Below, piece after piece: positions 21,338 to 31,497 of a stretch of DNA of 64,000 nt. Location: the NCBI RefSeq assembly GCF_024298765.1, contig NZ_CP101210.1, one strand, 5' to 3'. Origin of the DNA: Escherichia coli (lineage in GTDB: Bacteria; Pseudomonadota; Gammaproteobacteria; Enterobacterales; Enterobacteriaceae). Made by a program: the position numbers and the translations under genes. Position 1 is the stretch's first letter. Each line of letters starts with the position of its first letter. A model generated the notes under the pieces. The model was not told where the DNA came from and searched no databases. It saw nothing but the letters and a program-made list of their open reading frames with translations.

Positions 21338-22612
21338 ATGATACCTATGAAAAACTATCTTTTCCAGACTCCCGAAGATATTTGTGTACAGTTAAAAAAA
21401 ATGACACATCCTGTCACAATAAGAACAACAGATATTGCTAATTTCTGGCACTATCTTGAGTCAGCAACACTTCCAGTGATCACAAAAAGCACCACTACAG
21501 AAAATCGGGAGGTTACATTTCTGTGGCGCTCAGAGAAAGCACTGCAAGGCGTATATCTTCGCCTGAATCGTGTTACAGATAAAAAAGACGTCAAAAAAGG
21601 ACTAATGACTCATATCCCTTCGACAGATATCTGGATGCTGACACTGGTGTTACCAGCTTCATATCGGGGCTCATACTCATTTATAGAAATTCCCACAGAT
21701 ATGACACAAAAAGACATATTTCAACTAGGAAGTCGCTTCTCTCCATTACCCGGTAAATCTGATCCATTTAACAAAACAGCAGAAATAAATATACGAGGAT
21801 TCGGAGAATCAGTCCTTTCTCTTGATATGGCTCCTGAACAAAAGGAATGGGATGATACTTCCCATAAATGTACAGGTATTCTTTCAATATTACATTCCTT
21901 TGTTGCAGGATATCAACGCCGGATTCGTTTATATTTCCCCCTGAATCCAACATCAGTACCTCTTGGATTACTTGTGTTACCTGATGCTGAAACATGGTTT
22001 GACCGGATAGATATTACCCGGGCATTAGATATGGCCATCACCACTGGTCGTATCACGCCAATGGCAATTATGGGGATAGACAATATTAATGAATCTGATC
22101 GTATGAATATACTGGGAGGCAATAAAGAACTCATCTTTGATATAGCGGAAAATCTGATACCCCAGTTATACAGAGACTATCCGGATATCGTATGGGCTGG
22201 TCGCTCTAATACTGTACTGGCCGGGCAGAGCCTCGGTGGAGTGACAGCACTGATGGCAGCTATATATGCGTCGACAACATTTGGTACAATCATTAGTCAC
22301 TCACCTTCAATGTGGTGGAACCCTGACCAGGGCAGCCCGATCTTGTTTACTGAGAATAATACCTCCTGGGTAAGTGAGCAGATACTTTCAGCGCCTCCGA
22401 AAGATGTAAATATCCGACTTGGAGTCGGTTCTTTAGAAGGTACAACCGTCTCACATGTTCAGCGATTGCATCATTCGTTAATCGCAGCTGGTTTGGAAAG
22501 TAACCTCACTGTCTATACCGGTGGTCACGATTATGCTTGGTGGCGCGGAGCAATTATTGATGAATTAGCAAATTATAATTGCAGGAAGGTATCAAATAAT
22601 AACTCTGTGTAA
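21338..22612 (+). CDS. mchS1: Enterobactin/salmochelin esterase homologue (IroD/Fes-like)
   Basis: 424-aa ORF with serine-hydrolase motif GQSLGG; position between mchS2 and mchA in the H47 locus. Confidence 0.8.
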   Translation: MIPMKNYLFQTPEDICVQLKKMTHPVTIRTTDIANFWHYLESATLPVITKSTTTENREVTFLWRSEKALQGVYLRLNRVTDKKDVKKGLMTHIPSTDIWMLTLVLPASYRGSYSFIEIPTDMTQKDIFQLGSRFSPLPGKSDPFNKTAEINIRGFGESVLSLDMAPEQKEWDDTSHKCTGILSILHSFVAGYQRRIRLYFPLNPTSVPLGLLVLPDAETWFDRIDITRALDMAITTGRITPMAIMGIDNINESDRMNILGGNKELIFDIAENLIPQLYRDYPDIVWAGRSNTVLAGQSLGGVTALMAAIYASTTFGTIISHSPSMWWNPDQGSPILFTENNTSWVSEQILSAPPKDVNIRLGVGSLEGTTVSHVQRLHHSLIAAGLESNLTVYTGGHDYAWWRGAIIDELANYNCRKVSNNNSV

Positions 22613-22753
22613 AATATCGTTTTATCGTCCGATAACTCTTTCTGCAATATTATTATGGGAGACTGTCTCATTTATTTAGTGATGTCCTTCATTTATGTGA
22701 TGAAGGACATTATATTACTCATAACATTTCTCGTTGAAAATTTCAGCAATACG

Positions 22754-23878
22754 CTACAATTGTTTCCCGTTGTTTTTTAATTTTCTCATCAAAACCTCTG
22801 CGATCTCTGCAGGAGTGGGTTGTTCAGCCATTTCAGCGGCTACCTGATCTGAACAGAAGCGTAGTGAATCATCATAAAGCAGGCGATTTACCAAATCACT
22901 GGTCAGTCCATGCTTGTCCGGAATAATCCCACACCCACGCTTCGCAACAATTTCTGCATTAACAGAGCGATCTGCACCTTCTCCAAACACAATCTGTGGT
23001 ATTCCACTATACAGCGCTGTCAGGGTATTACCTGCGCCACCGTGATGAATAAATCCATCAGCTCCATTAAGGAATACACCCATAGGTATCCAGTCAACCA
23101 GACGTACATTTGATGGTAGTTTTCGTAATCCAGTACGAGCATTTATTGCAAGTTGCAAAATGATATCAGCATCAACTTCATTTGCTGAATCCATAACCCA
23201 TGAAATCAGCTCCAGACCATCAACCATTGGTTTTACAGTGCCAAGGCTGATGAGTAAACGTTTCCGATCAGAATCCCTGTCCCACCATGTTTCCTTTACA
23301 GCACCTCCGTTATAAGGAATATATCGCATTGAGATAATCGGTTCTTCAGCATTTTTAAGAATGCTCATACTTGGGGGAGCAACATCAATCCATGCTAAAT
23401 CACATAGTGGACCGCTGACTCCATGCCGCCTGTAAGCATTGCTTAAAGAACGGTTTAACATCTGAATATGGGCAGATGTATGCGCGAATCCAACAGCCAG
23501 CATCACTGAAGAAATTCTATATTTAGCAGCAACCAATGGGCCTGCCGGACCAAGCGGGGGATAGACTATTAAATCTGGCCTCCATTTTCCTGCAAAATCG
23601 ATGAGGTTATCTGCCATTTCATCGCTAAAAAAAGAGAAATGACCAATAATATTACTTTTTTTCCTCAACTCTTCCTGATGACGATATCCAGCCTCTGAAT
23701 CTAAACTTGGAGCTGCATCAAAAACAACCAGTCCAGCTTCTGCTGCTTTATTCGCGAATTTGCCAGCGCTACTAATTACTACATCATGTCCGATTACACG
23801 AAAGGCCTGAGCCAGAGAAATCAATGGGTATAACAAACCGTACAGCGGAGGGCCAATAAAAAGAATACGTTTTCGCAT
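22754..23878 (-). CDS. mchA: Enterobactin C-glycosyltransferase homologue (IroB-like)
   Basis: 374-aa GT-B glycosyltransferase-like ORF (MRKRILFIGPPLYGLLYP..., C-terminal HHGGAGNT nucleotide-sugar motif). Confidence 0.85.
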   Translation of the reverse strand: MRKRILFIGPPLYGLLYPLISLAQAFRVIGHDVVISSAGKFANKAAEAGLVVFDAAPSLDSEAGYRHQEELRKKSNIIGHFSFFSDEMADNLIDFAGKWRPDLIVYPPLGPAGPLVAAKYRISSVMLAVGFAHTSAHIQMLNRSLSNAYRRHGVSGPLCDLAWIDVAPPSMSILKNAEEPIISMRYIPYNGGAVKETWWDRDSDRKRLLISLGTVKPMVDGLELISWVMDSANEVDADIILQLAINARTGLRKLPSNVRLVDWIPMGVFLNGADGFIHHGGAGNTLTALYSGIPQIVFGEGADRSVNAEIVAKRGCGIIPDKHGLTSDLVNRLLYDDSLRFCSDQVAAEMAEQPTPAEIAEVLMRKLKNNGKQL

Positions 23879-24554
23879 TAAAAAAGTCCGTCTTCTGCTT
23901 ACCTGTTTATTTTTCTATCGCTAAGAAAACATAATTAATATTATTTTTATGTGAGCTTATGCACAAAAATAACAAAGTATCTTATCTTCTGGTAGAGATA
24001 CAGGATACAGTTTGTAGGAGCTTTCTTTTTTTGAACAATGATTTGCAGGACAGTTATGCCAACCTAGCAGAATCAGTATCACAACAATAAATGACAGATC
24101 ATACCTGAAATTTGAATTAACAGGCATCATGAATGTCAATAGTCTAAGCGGTTACTACTTACATCGCTTGCATAAATACTAAACACTGACTAGAAAAGTA
24201 TTGGATAACCCCGTCACTAAAAGTAACACTTCGGTTATTTGCTCGGAATGTATCAACGCCAAGATTGTTAGCCGTTACGCCTTATATCACTGGCGCTGAC
24301 AAATGTTTCTTTTCTAATTTACTGAACCGGCGCAGACTTACAGAAAAACACTCCGGCACCGGTGTAATGCCAGTTATAAACAATGTGAATGGAATGACGA
24401 ATCAGTCAGGAAAGAGCTACAATCTGCTGGCTGACCGGAGAGGGTCAGCAGGAAGATGAACGGTAATGTCGCCAGCACCAGGGGCAGGGCCGGGTTCCAC
24501 AATACCAGCGCCGGCATTTTGCACATTGCCAGCGTACCGGCATCACAACACGTT

Positions 24555-24791
24555 TCATGCAGCTGCTCCTCGTGATTCCTCAATTCGCTGCTGCATCCAC
24601 TGCTCCACTTCACTTTTGTACCAGCGGCTGCTGCGGCCCAGCTTGATGGGTTTCGGGAAATGGCCTTCACTGATCAGCTTGTAAAACCATTTATCTGTCA
24701 TACCGGTGAAACTGGTGATGTAGTTCATGTCGATCAGGGGATCGTCGGCACGCAGCAACACGCAGTCGTGGCCTGTCATTGAGGTCAACAT
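24555..24791 (-). CDS. alpA: AlpA-family phage/island transcriptional regulator
   Basis: 78-aa ORF with the AlpA-type HTH signature ...ISEGHFPKPIKLGRSSRWYKSEVEQW. Confidence 0.75.
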   Translation of the reverse strand: MLTSMTGHDCVLLRADDPLIDMNYITSFTGMTDKWFYKLISEGHFPKPIKLGRSSRWYKSEVEQWMQQRIEESRGAAA

Positions 24792-24859
24792 GGTCAGAAT
24801 ATCCTCTGTGAGATTTATGAAGGTTGTGCGAATGCGGGGAAAGGTGCTGAGCCGTATTC

Positions 24860-25567
24860 TCAGAACGGTCCTGCAGATCCGGGATAGCCGGGATTACCGG
24901 CGAGGCAACGGGCTTCCGGATCGCACACACCACGACGATCGCGGGCGAAATCACTGAACGCCCAGATCAAATCTTTGAGGATGTCTTCGCAGTCCGGTGA
25001 ACGACTGTCCAGCACCACATCCCGGGTTATCTGTTTCTGGTACGGTGCCGCTTCCCCCGGTGACGCGAAGCCCAGTACGTTGCTCCAGGCATCCAGAATC
25101 AGCCGGTCCAGTTCGGGGCCGTCGAAATACTCCTGTCTGACGCACAGCACCACGTGGTATTCCGGCTTTTCCGGATGACGGGTCAGGAGCCAGCAAAGGT
25201 CGCGTCCGGGTTTCGCATTCATCAGCGCACTGACGGTTTCGATAAAATCCATACCAAACCAGGTCTGTCTGCTGTTGAAGGCGTTGTCATGTTCCCACGG
25301 CAGACGAAGCAGGATCCGCCGTATCCGTGAGCCGGACTGCTCACGCAGCGCACGCTCAAGGACGCCGATGACTTTGTTCTGATAAGATGGCCAGAAGGGT
25401 GCCAGGCTATAGTCGAAATAAGGAATAGCATTCATAAGATATGTTCCGTTATGCGCAGCCCACAATGCGTCCTGCCCGTGAATGAGCTGACGTGTTATGG
25501 CTTGCGGATGAGATTGATGGAATAAGTGAAGAACTGAAGCAGAACGGGAAGATAAGGGACAGAACAC
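24860..25567 (-). CDS. Inovirus Gp2-family (YfjJ/YagK-like) protein, paralogue 1; start uncertain
   Basis: Similarity to the two other paralogues in the window; track start is GTG, first in-frame ATG is at 25435 (MNAIPYFDYS...). Confidence 0.55.
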   Translation of the reverse strand: MFCPLSSRSASVLHLFHQSHPQAITRQLIHGQDALWAAHNGTYLMNAIPYFDYSLAPFWPSYQNKVIGVLERALREQSGSRIRRILLRLPWEHDNAFNSRQTWFGMDFIETVSALMNAKPGRDLCWLLTRHPEKPEYHVVLCVRQEYFDGPELDRLILDAWSNVLGFASPGEAAPYQKQITRDVVLDSRSPDCEDILKDLIWAFSDFARDRRGVCDPEARCLAGNPGYPGSAGPF

Positions 25568-25681
25568 CGGATTCAGGTTCAGGATGAATGATCTCCGTTG
25601 ACTTCAGTTCACATCATTAATCAATGCGGTAAGTTTTTACCGACGGAGTGTTTCCAGGAGCGGAGGCTCAGGCCTTAAGCT

Positions 25682-26248
25682 TCAGAAGTGAGGCTTACGA
25701 GGACGCCCTGCAGCAGGACGTTCAGGAACTTCATTGCAGCCGTAGGCACACAGCCCGTCTTTTTGTTCTTCTTTCGCCAGATAATGCAGGGCACCGCGAA
25801 TATTATCGATGCTTTCAGGATCGTTGTGGCGCACAGGAATGTTGATGTTGTATGCATAATGCGGCTGATATGTACAGCGGTGCGCCGAACCACAGTTATA
25901 CGTAATTGCCTGCCAGCATTCCGCTATCCGCTCCGCAAAGGGATATATTTTTTTAACCCTCTGACGATCGATCCAGAAAACGACATGCGCATGAAAACCA
26001 TGATCAGCCGTCCATTCAATCACCCAGAAGAAACCAACGATATTTTCAAATTGTTCCACCTGCTCCAGCAGCATACGCAACTGTAATTCAAGCCAGCGAT
26101 GATCAGGTTGTAAGAAATCGGGCGTATCTTTCCTGTAGAAGAAATCCATCCGTAAGGCCCGCAGGCAGGAATAGCGTGCCATCATTTGATTGATGTGATT
26201 GTCAAGTAAAGCGGTAAAAAACCAGTTTGGTGTGTAAGATTTAGGCAT
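25682..26248 (-). CDS. Inovirus Gp2-family (YfjJ/YagK-like) protein, paralogue 2
   Basis: 188-aa ORF with family-typical core (...GFFWVIEWTADHGFHAHVVFW...); tandem with paralogue 1 downstream of alpA. Confidence 0.6.
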   Translation of the reverse strand: MPKSYTPNWFFTALLDNHINQMMARYSCLRALRMDFFYRKDTPDFLQPDHRWLELQLRMLLEQVEQFENIVGFFWVIEWTADHGFHAHVVFWIDRQRVKKIYPFAERIAECWQAITYNCGSAHRCTYQPHYAYNINIPVRHNDPESIDNIRGALHYLAKEEQKDGLCAYGCNEVPERPAAGRPRKPHF

Positions 26249-27665
26249 GTTGATGACTCCTGAAAGTTAATGATGTTTTAAGCTCTGTGAGCGAATTAAT
26301 GCTTTCGCTCATAATCAGATCTAAAACGGTAATAACTTACAGATGGTATTTATCAGGCATGCTGTAACAGAATGGATACGACGGATTATTAACGACACAC
26401 AGCGTTGTGCTGAAGGGTATGAGTTATCTGATGGCATTGTCTATAGAGATGAGATAAACGAGGTGCGAAGAAAATACAGATTCAATACAACACAGTGAAA
26501 TACAGAAAAATACGAACTGTAATCCCGCTGCCAGGCGGTTAGGAAACATATTACAACTATAAGCTCATGATTTGTAAATTTGCTCTCAGTGAGTCTGAAA
26601 AAACGTTTATAAGGTCACCACAATAAACTCACACGCGCTTATTCAATCTGTTTTCCAGGATATGAACGTTAACGACACACGATAGCATAAGACAACATAC
26701 AATGGATGAATAATTTTCACCCAGTACCTTAAACAATACAACCGGCAACAAATATAATCAGAAATTCACTCTGTTAATTCTGTTGTTTATCCTGCGCTGT
26801 TAAACATGACGGAATCATGGATACCTTATCAAAGAGTAAACATTCAGTTAATCTGTGATGACAGAGAAATTGTTTCCAACCAGAATAGTTAAAACACTTC
26901 AGATAAACAATCATTGTTAAGCAAATACAGTTCATGATGGATAAGATTAAAATCAATTGCTGTTTCACTGAAAATGAGAACAGATGGATATCAGCAATAG
27001 CGTAGTAGAGAATAACTTATCCGAACATCATATGAGTTACAGTAATTATGATTGAGGGGGATGGAGTGGATACGATAACAAGAGTAAATAAAGACAGAGT
27101 AAAAGTAAAGGGCAAGTGTAATAATAGTAATAAACCTAAATTAAAATTATCCATGTTTGATGTAAAAATAATAATATACTGACAACCATGAAGGTAAGAA
27201 AAAGAGAGTGCAGGTATCAGGAAGATCTCAGGATATGAAGATTCCCACAGCACAGATTTAAAATTAGTCGAATATAATAAATTTAAAAACCTTAATTAAA
27301 ATGTAATCTCATCCATGGTTAACATGCTCCTGAAAAGGAAAGTTACAAATACCGTATGCTACCAACTAATTACAACAATGATATATGTACATTCAGTAAG
27401 AATACAGATAAAATATTAATACCAACTTCCAGTATCAAGATCGTATCGCGAACTTCAGATGCGCTATGAGGCAGTTCAATTTTTAACTTTCGTTTTCCTC
27501 TTCCTCCCTGGCTTCATATGCATAAGCGACTTGAAAGACCCGATGATAGTTACAATTTCAGGTTGTGGCATGACGATCAATTTGTAACTGAAACAATGAA
27601 CGGTAACGCTGCCATATAAACATCAAAATGCGAGCATTACAGCGACATTGAACCGATTAGATGTA

Positions 27666-28421
27666 TCACTCATAATCAGAACAAGATGATGTATCCTGAG
27701 ATATAAGAAAATCATCAAGAGAACCTCCGGCTTTTATTGCTTCTGCAATAACATTAGGCCGACGACCTTGTCCACTCCAGTACATTGTTTGACCGTTATA
27801 CTCATATCTGTATTTATGCCCTCCTGACACACTTTTTCTGCCTGCCTGTAATTTTTTGCCAAATTCACGTTCGTCGATCATGGTAATGATATAGCGACGC
27901 ATTTCACCCATTCTGAGCTCAATGGCGTCCATCCCAATGAGCTCACCGGTCTTTACCAGACGGTAGTGCTTTGGCCGGTGGGGTTTGGCGGTTCGCTTTT
28001 TGACAAGCAGAGCCTTACCCCGCGAGCTCAGACGTACTGGTACCATCCGCATTTTATCGTGTGCGGTGGCGATCATTCTGCCGATGGTGGAAACACTCGG
28101 GCAGGTCAGATGGCGCTGTGCGCACCAGGGCTTCAGGCGAACAAAAATCTGCTCTTTACCGAGGTTTGGCAGCTCTGTCCTGAGGCGTCGAATCTCTTTC
28201 AGCACATCGGGATGCCAGTGCTTTTTTCGTCGCACCAGAGGTGCCTTACTGTGCGGGATTAGCCCCTCAGGTCCTCCCTTGTTCAGTAACTGACGCCACC
28301 AGTAAAGCGTGCGGCAGGACACGCCAAAGGCTTCAGAAGCCGCAGAAATACCGTGTTTATCCCAGAAGTGCAGAGCCTTCATTCTCATTGTTGCTATATC
28401 AGCCATCACTGAAAGCCTCAA
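27666..28421 (-). mobile_element. IS transposase remnant (IS3/IS481-like N-terminal HTH, truncated catalytic core)
   Basis: N-terminal MKALHFWDKHGISAASEAFGVSCRTLYWWRQLL typical of IS transposase HTH; DDE core begins then is lost to an unrelated C-terminus; track start is TTG, ATG at 28406; no inverted repeats identified. Confidence 0.5.
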
Positions 28422-28899
28422 CGCATAATCGGCCGTTTAGGATAGCCAACCATCAGATGCTGCATTTGCATAGTGCAATCTCCCCTTACTTATCCGGAGG
28501 CAATTGCAATATCTCTGTGAACTTACACACAGGTATAATCAATAAGGGCGTACGGAGATTGCCCGTTATTGCTGCAGGATCGGCAGACTGGTTCCCGTCC
28601 TTGCGCATATAACTGTACAACCACAGAGAAAAGCATCAATGCACGCTTTATGTTGCGTCAGGGCAGCGAACGACTCCTTTTGTTGACGACACATATCACC
28701 TTCTGTACTGCCAATTATGGCATTCAGCGTCTCCCCGAGTTTTAAGCTCCTGCTCTTACGAACCAGCGACAAGCAATAAATAACTATGGCAATGAATCTA
28801 ATAACAGCATAAATATGAGACTCATCGATACTCATCGTGATTAGTATAATCGGGGCAGAATTATATTCACTGTCTGATTTATTATTGAGTTAAATATAA

Positions 28900-29352
28900 T
28901 TAAAGTGTTCTCAAAAGTCTGGCTGGATTACCGGCATACACGCCTTTTACCAGCACGGGCTTTGTAACCACACTACCAGCACCAATCACTGCTCCACTGC
29001 AAATTTCTGTGGTTAAAATGGTCGCTCCGCTACCCACTGTTACAGTGTTACCTAATACGATGCGTATCCAGCTTTCTGCAGAGGCATCGGGACCACCACA
29101 CTTAAAAAGATCATTAGCAAAAGTTACGCCATGACCGATGAAACAGCCATCACCTAAAATGACGTTCTCACAGATGAAACTGTGGGACTGAATTCGGCTC
29201 CGGTTGCCAATGATACATCCCTTCTGTATTTCCACAAAGGGACCGATAAAAACATCATCCCCCAGTTCACATTCATAGAGGTTTACTGGCATGACGACTT
29301 TCACATTTTCACCAAATTTCACATCACGAATGCGGCTGTCAATAACGTTCAT
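28900..29352 (-). CDS. Hexapeptide-repeat (left-handed beta-helix) acetyltransferase
   Basis: 150-aa ORF with repeated [LIV]G-x4 hexapeptide pattern (IGNRSRIQSHSFICENVILGDGCFIGHGVTF...); ATG start. Confidence 0.75.
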   Translation of the reverse strand: MNVIDSRIRDVKFGENVKVVMPVNLYECELGDDVFIGPFVEIQKGCIIGNRSRIQSHSFICENVILGDGCFIGHGVTFANDLFKCGGPDASAESWIRIVLGNTVTVGSGATILTTEICSGAVIGAGSVVTKPVLVKGVYAGNPARLLRTL

Positions 29353-29861
29353 ATCCGTTGTATCCTCCCTCAGGATGATTCTTATCAGAACATTTCACCT
29401 GTCAGAATATTCCCGGTAATGTGATACAAGAGCCAGTCTCACCGGGTACCATGTGTTATTGCTCGTATCCTTTTGCCCGTTACGAGTGTACAACCGGTTT
29501 TATATTTTGCAATCCAGGCCTGTTACACCAGAGCATCCTCTCACTGCCCCCTCACTGGTCAATCCGGGATTCAAAGTCATCCTCCAGCACTAAACCCCAT
29601 ACCAGTCCTGAACCTTCCCTCGCCAGCAGCCAGACTCCTACTGTTCACCACAATCCTCTTCCGTGAATGGCCGTAAGTGCGCAGCACCAAAATAAATCGG
29701 TACTTCCGATGACAGACAGTGAAAGCGTCAGAGAAATATGAACATGAGAATGGAAGCAGATACATGACTTCAGGACGACTTTTTCAGAAAACGAGCTAAG
29801 GGCGTCAGCCAACGACCTTACCGTGGTATACGCTCAGGCGCCGGATGCCGTTTTACCCGGT

Positions 29862-30593
29862 TCACCTGCCATCCAGCAAACGCCCCGGCCCACGACTGCA
29901 ACCATAATTACGTTGCCCGGAACCGTCATGCTGCTTCGTCTCATATTTCACGAGATAACTGGCTCTGTTCCGGGCTTTCTGCATCGCTTCCACATCACCA
30001 CGCTTGATCCAGAGAACAGCGGCTTCACCAGACTTTTTGTCTGAAGCCTTCCAGGTATCAGAACATCCACCCGACAAAGGCGTGTCATCGGAAGAAGGGC
30101 GAACATCAGACGATGCTGGTTTACGGGAAGGCGTCCACCTGGAAAAATGGACCAGGCCATCGCCTTGCCAGGGCTCAAGATGCAGGGCGCTGCACCATGC
30201 CTCCTGGATCATCGTCGCCAGCGAAGACGGTTCGCTGAAATCCCCGAGCGAGCACCAGGTATCTTTGTTGAGCAGTAATATCACGTGATAATGTTTCCTG
30301 CCATACATCTTGCCGAACTCCCGGCACCAGAAATAACCCAGGCTGGTTGCATGCACACGCTGATTGGCACATCTTTTTTTCCGCTGGTAAGCCTGAATTT
30401 TGGCTTTCAGGGATGCAAAAAAACGAGAAATCACCGCTGAATCCGGATCGGGATCCATGATGGTGACAGGCATATACTCAGGGAAACGTAAATCCACCCG
30501 GATTAACGAGACGGCACGGTGCTGCGCCAGGGCACTGTCGAGAAGGCTGTCAAAACGGGATAACCAGTAAGCATTGTGTATTGGTTGATTCAT
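29862..30593 (-). CDS. Inovirus Gp2-family (YfjJ/YagK-like) protein, paralogue 3
   Basis: 243-aa ORF, ATG start, conserved HYHVILLLNKD segment; conserved leader motif immediately upstream (30601-30648). Confidence 0.7.
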   Translation of the reverse strand: MNQPIHNAYWLSRFDSLLDSALAQHRAVSLIRVDLRFPEYMPVTIMDPDPDSAVISRFFASLKAKIQAYQRKKRCANQRVHATSLGYFWCREFGKMYGRKHYHVILLLNKDTWCSLGDFSEPSSLATMIQEAWCSALHLEPWQGDGLVHFSRWTPSRKPASSDVRPSSDDTPLSGGCSDTWKASDKKSGEAAVLWIKRGDVEAMQKARNRASYLVKYETKQHDGSGQRNYGCSRGPGRLLDGR

Positions 30594-30984
30594 GATGAGA
30601 GATCTCCGTTGATTTGGATTGACTTCACATCATTAATCAACGCAGTAAAACTTTACGGCATCCGACATTGAGCAATACTACAACTCTCTGATTAAGAGTG
30701 ATTGAAACGGAACAAACCATCCCGGAACGAAAAGATAATCCTGCACACAGCAGCAAAATACGCAACAACAGCATGAATGGATTTAAAAACGACATGGACG
30801 ACGAGAAAAGTCTGAAGGGAAAAGGAGCCACAGAACATTCGAACAAAACACCAGAAATGCAACCAGAACGCTTCCTGGCAATGCAAATCAACAACAACGC
30901 CAAAACCTACAACTTAATCACACAACTCAATCACGGATGCGAATGACACGCTTAAAACCTGTTTACAGATAACGCCGTAACACG

Positions 30985-31026
30985 ATCATCACCATCACCA
31001 TCACCATCACCATCACCATCACCATC
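30985..31026. repeat. Hexanucleotide simple-sequence repeat (ACCATC)x6 with flanking ATC
   Basis: Read directly: gatcatc(accatc)6ag; no start codon in the poly-His frame (a TAA lies immediately upstream). Confidence 0.85.
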
Positions 31027-31461
31027 AGAATCGATTTTCTCATCCCGAAAATGTTACGTTTCACTACGCACCATAAAAACGATTAACCATCGATAACGTA
31101 AATCTCATCTGAATCAAAACACCAAAACCGTTCATCACACTTTCGCAATGCAAGAAGAAACCTCATGACAAAAAGAATGACCTTACACGGAAAAGAAAAA
31201 CGTCAGGAATCGTTAATGCCTCAATCTGATTGTTATCAAAACATCCAGAAAGTCGTTTAACAGAATCGTCGTAAGCACATCGAAAAGAACGTCAGATTAC
31301 TTCAGGAAAGTTCGGGTTGATTTAGCGTAAAGATACTTTTCTCAAGCTAACGTCGAAACTCGAAATCTCAGGAAAGGTTAAACGTAACATCAGTAAAATC
31401 GAATAGCAGATTGATTGCTTAAACAGAAAGGTTTTACAGCAGCATTAAACTGATTTAGTTA

Positions 31462-31497
31462 ACGTAAAGATTTACTAAACGTAAAGATTTACTAAAC
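31462..31497. repeat. Tandem duplication of a 17-bp unit (cgtaaagatttactaaa)
   Basis: Read directly in the ORF-poor segment; about 100 bp downstream are three spaced copies of acgtgtat(a) (near 31572, 31606, 31636). Confidence 0.7.

Noticed and set aside
28241-28835. ORFs 28241-28612 (+) and 28566-28835 (-) next to the transposase remnant
   Set aside because: Overlap the transposase fragment or lie in AT-rich scar DNA; no start context or motifs.
30984-31074. Possible poly-histidine peptide encoded by the (CACCAT)n tract
   Set aside because: The His-encoding frame opens immediately after a TAA and has no ATG/GTG/TTG start before the repeat; treated as a non-coding microsatellite.
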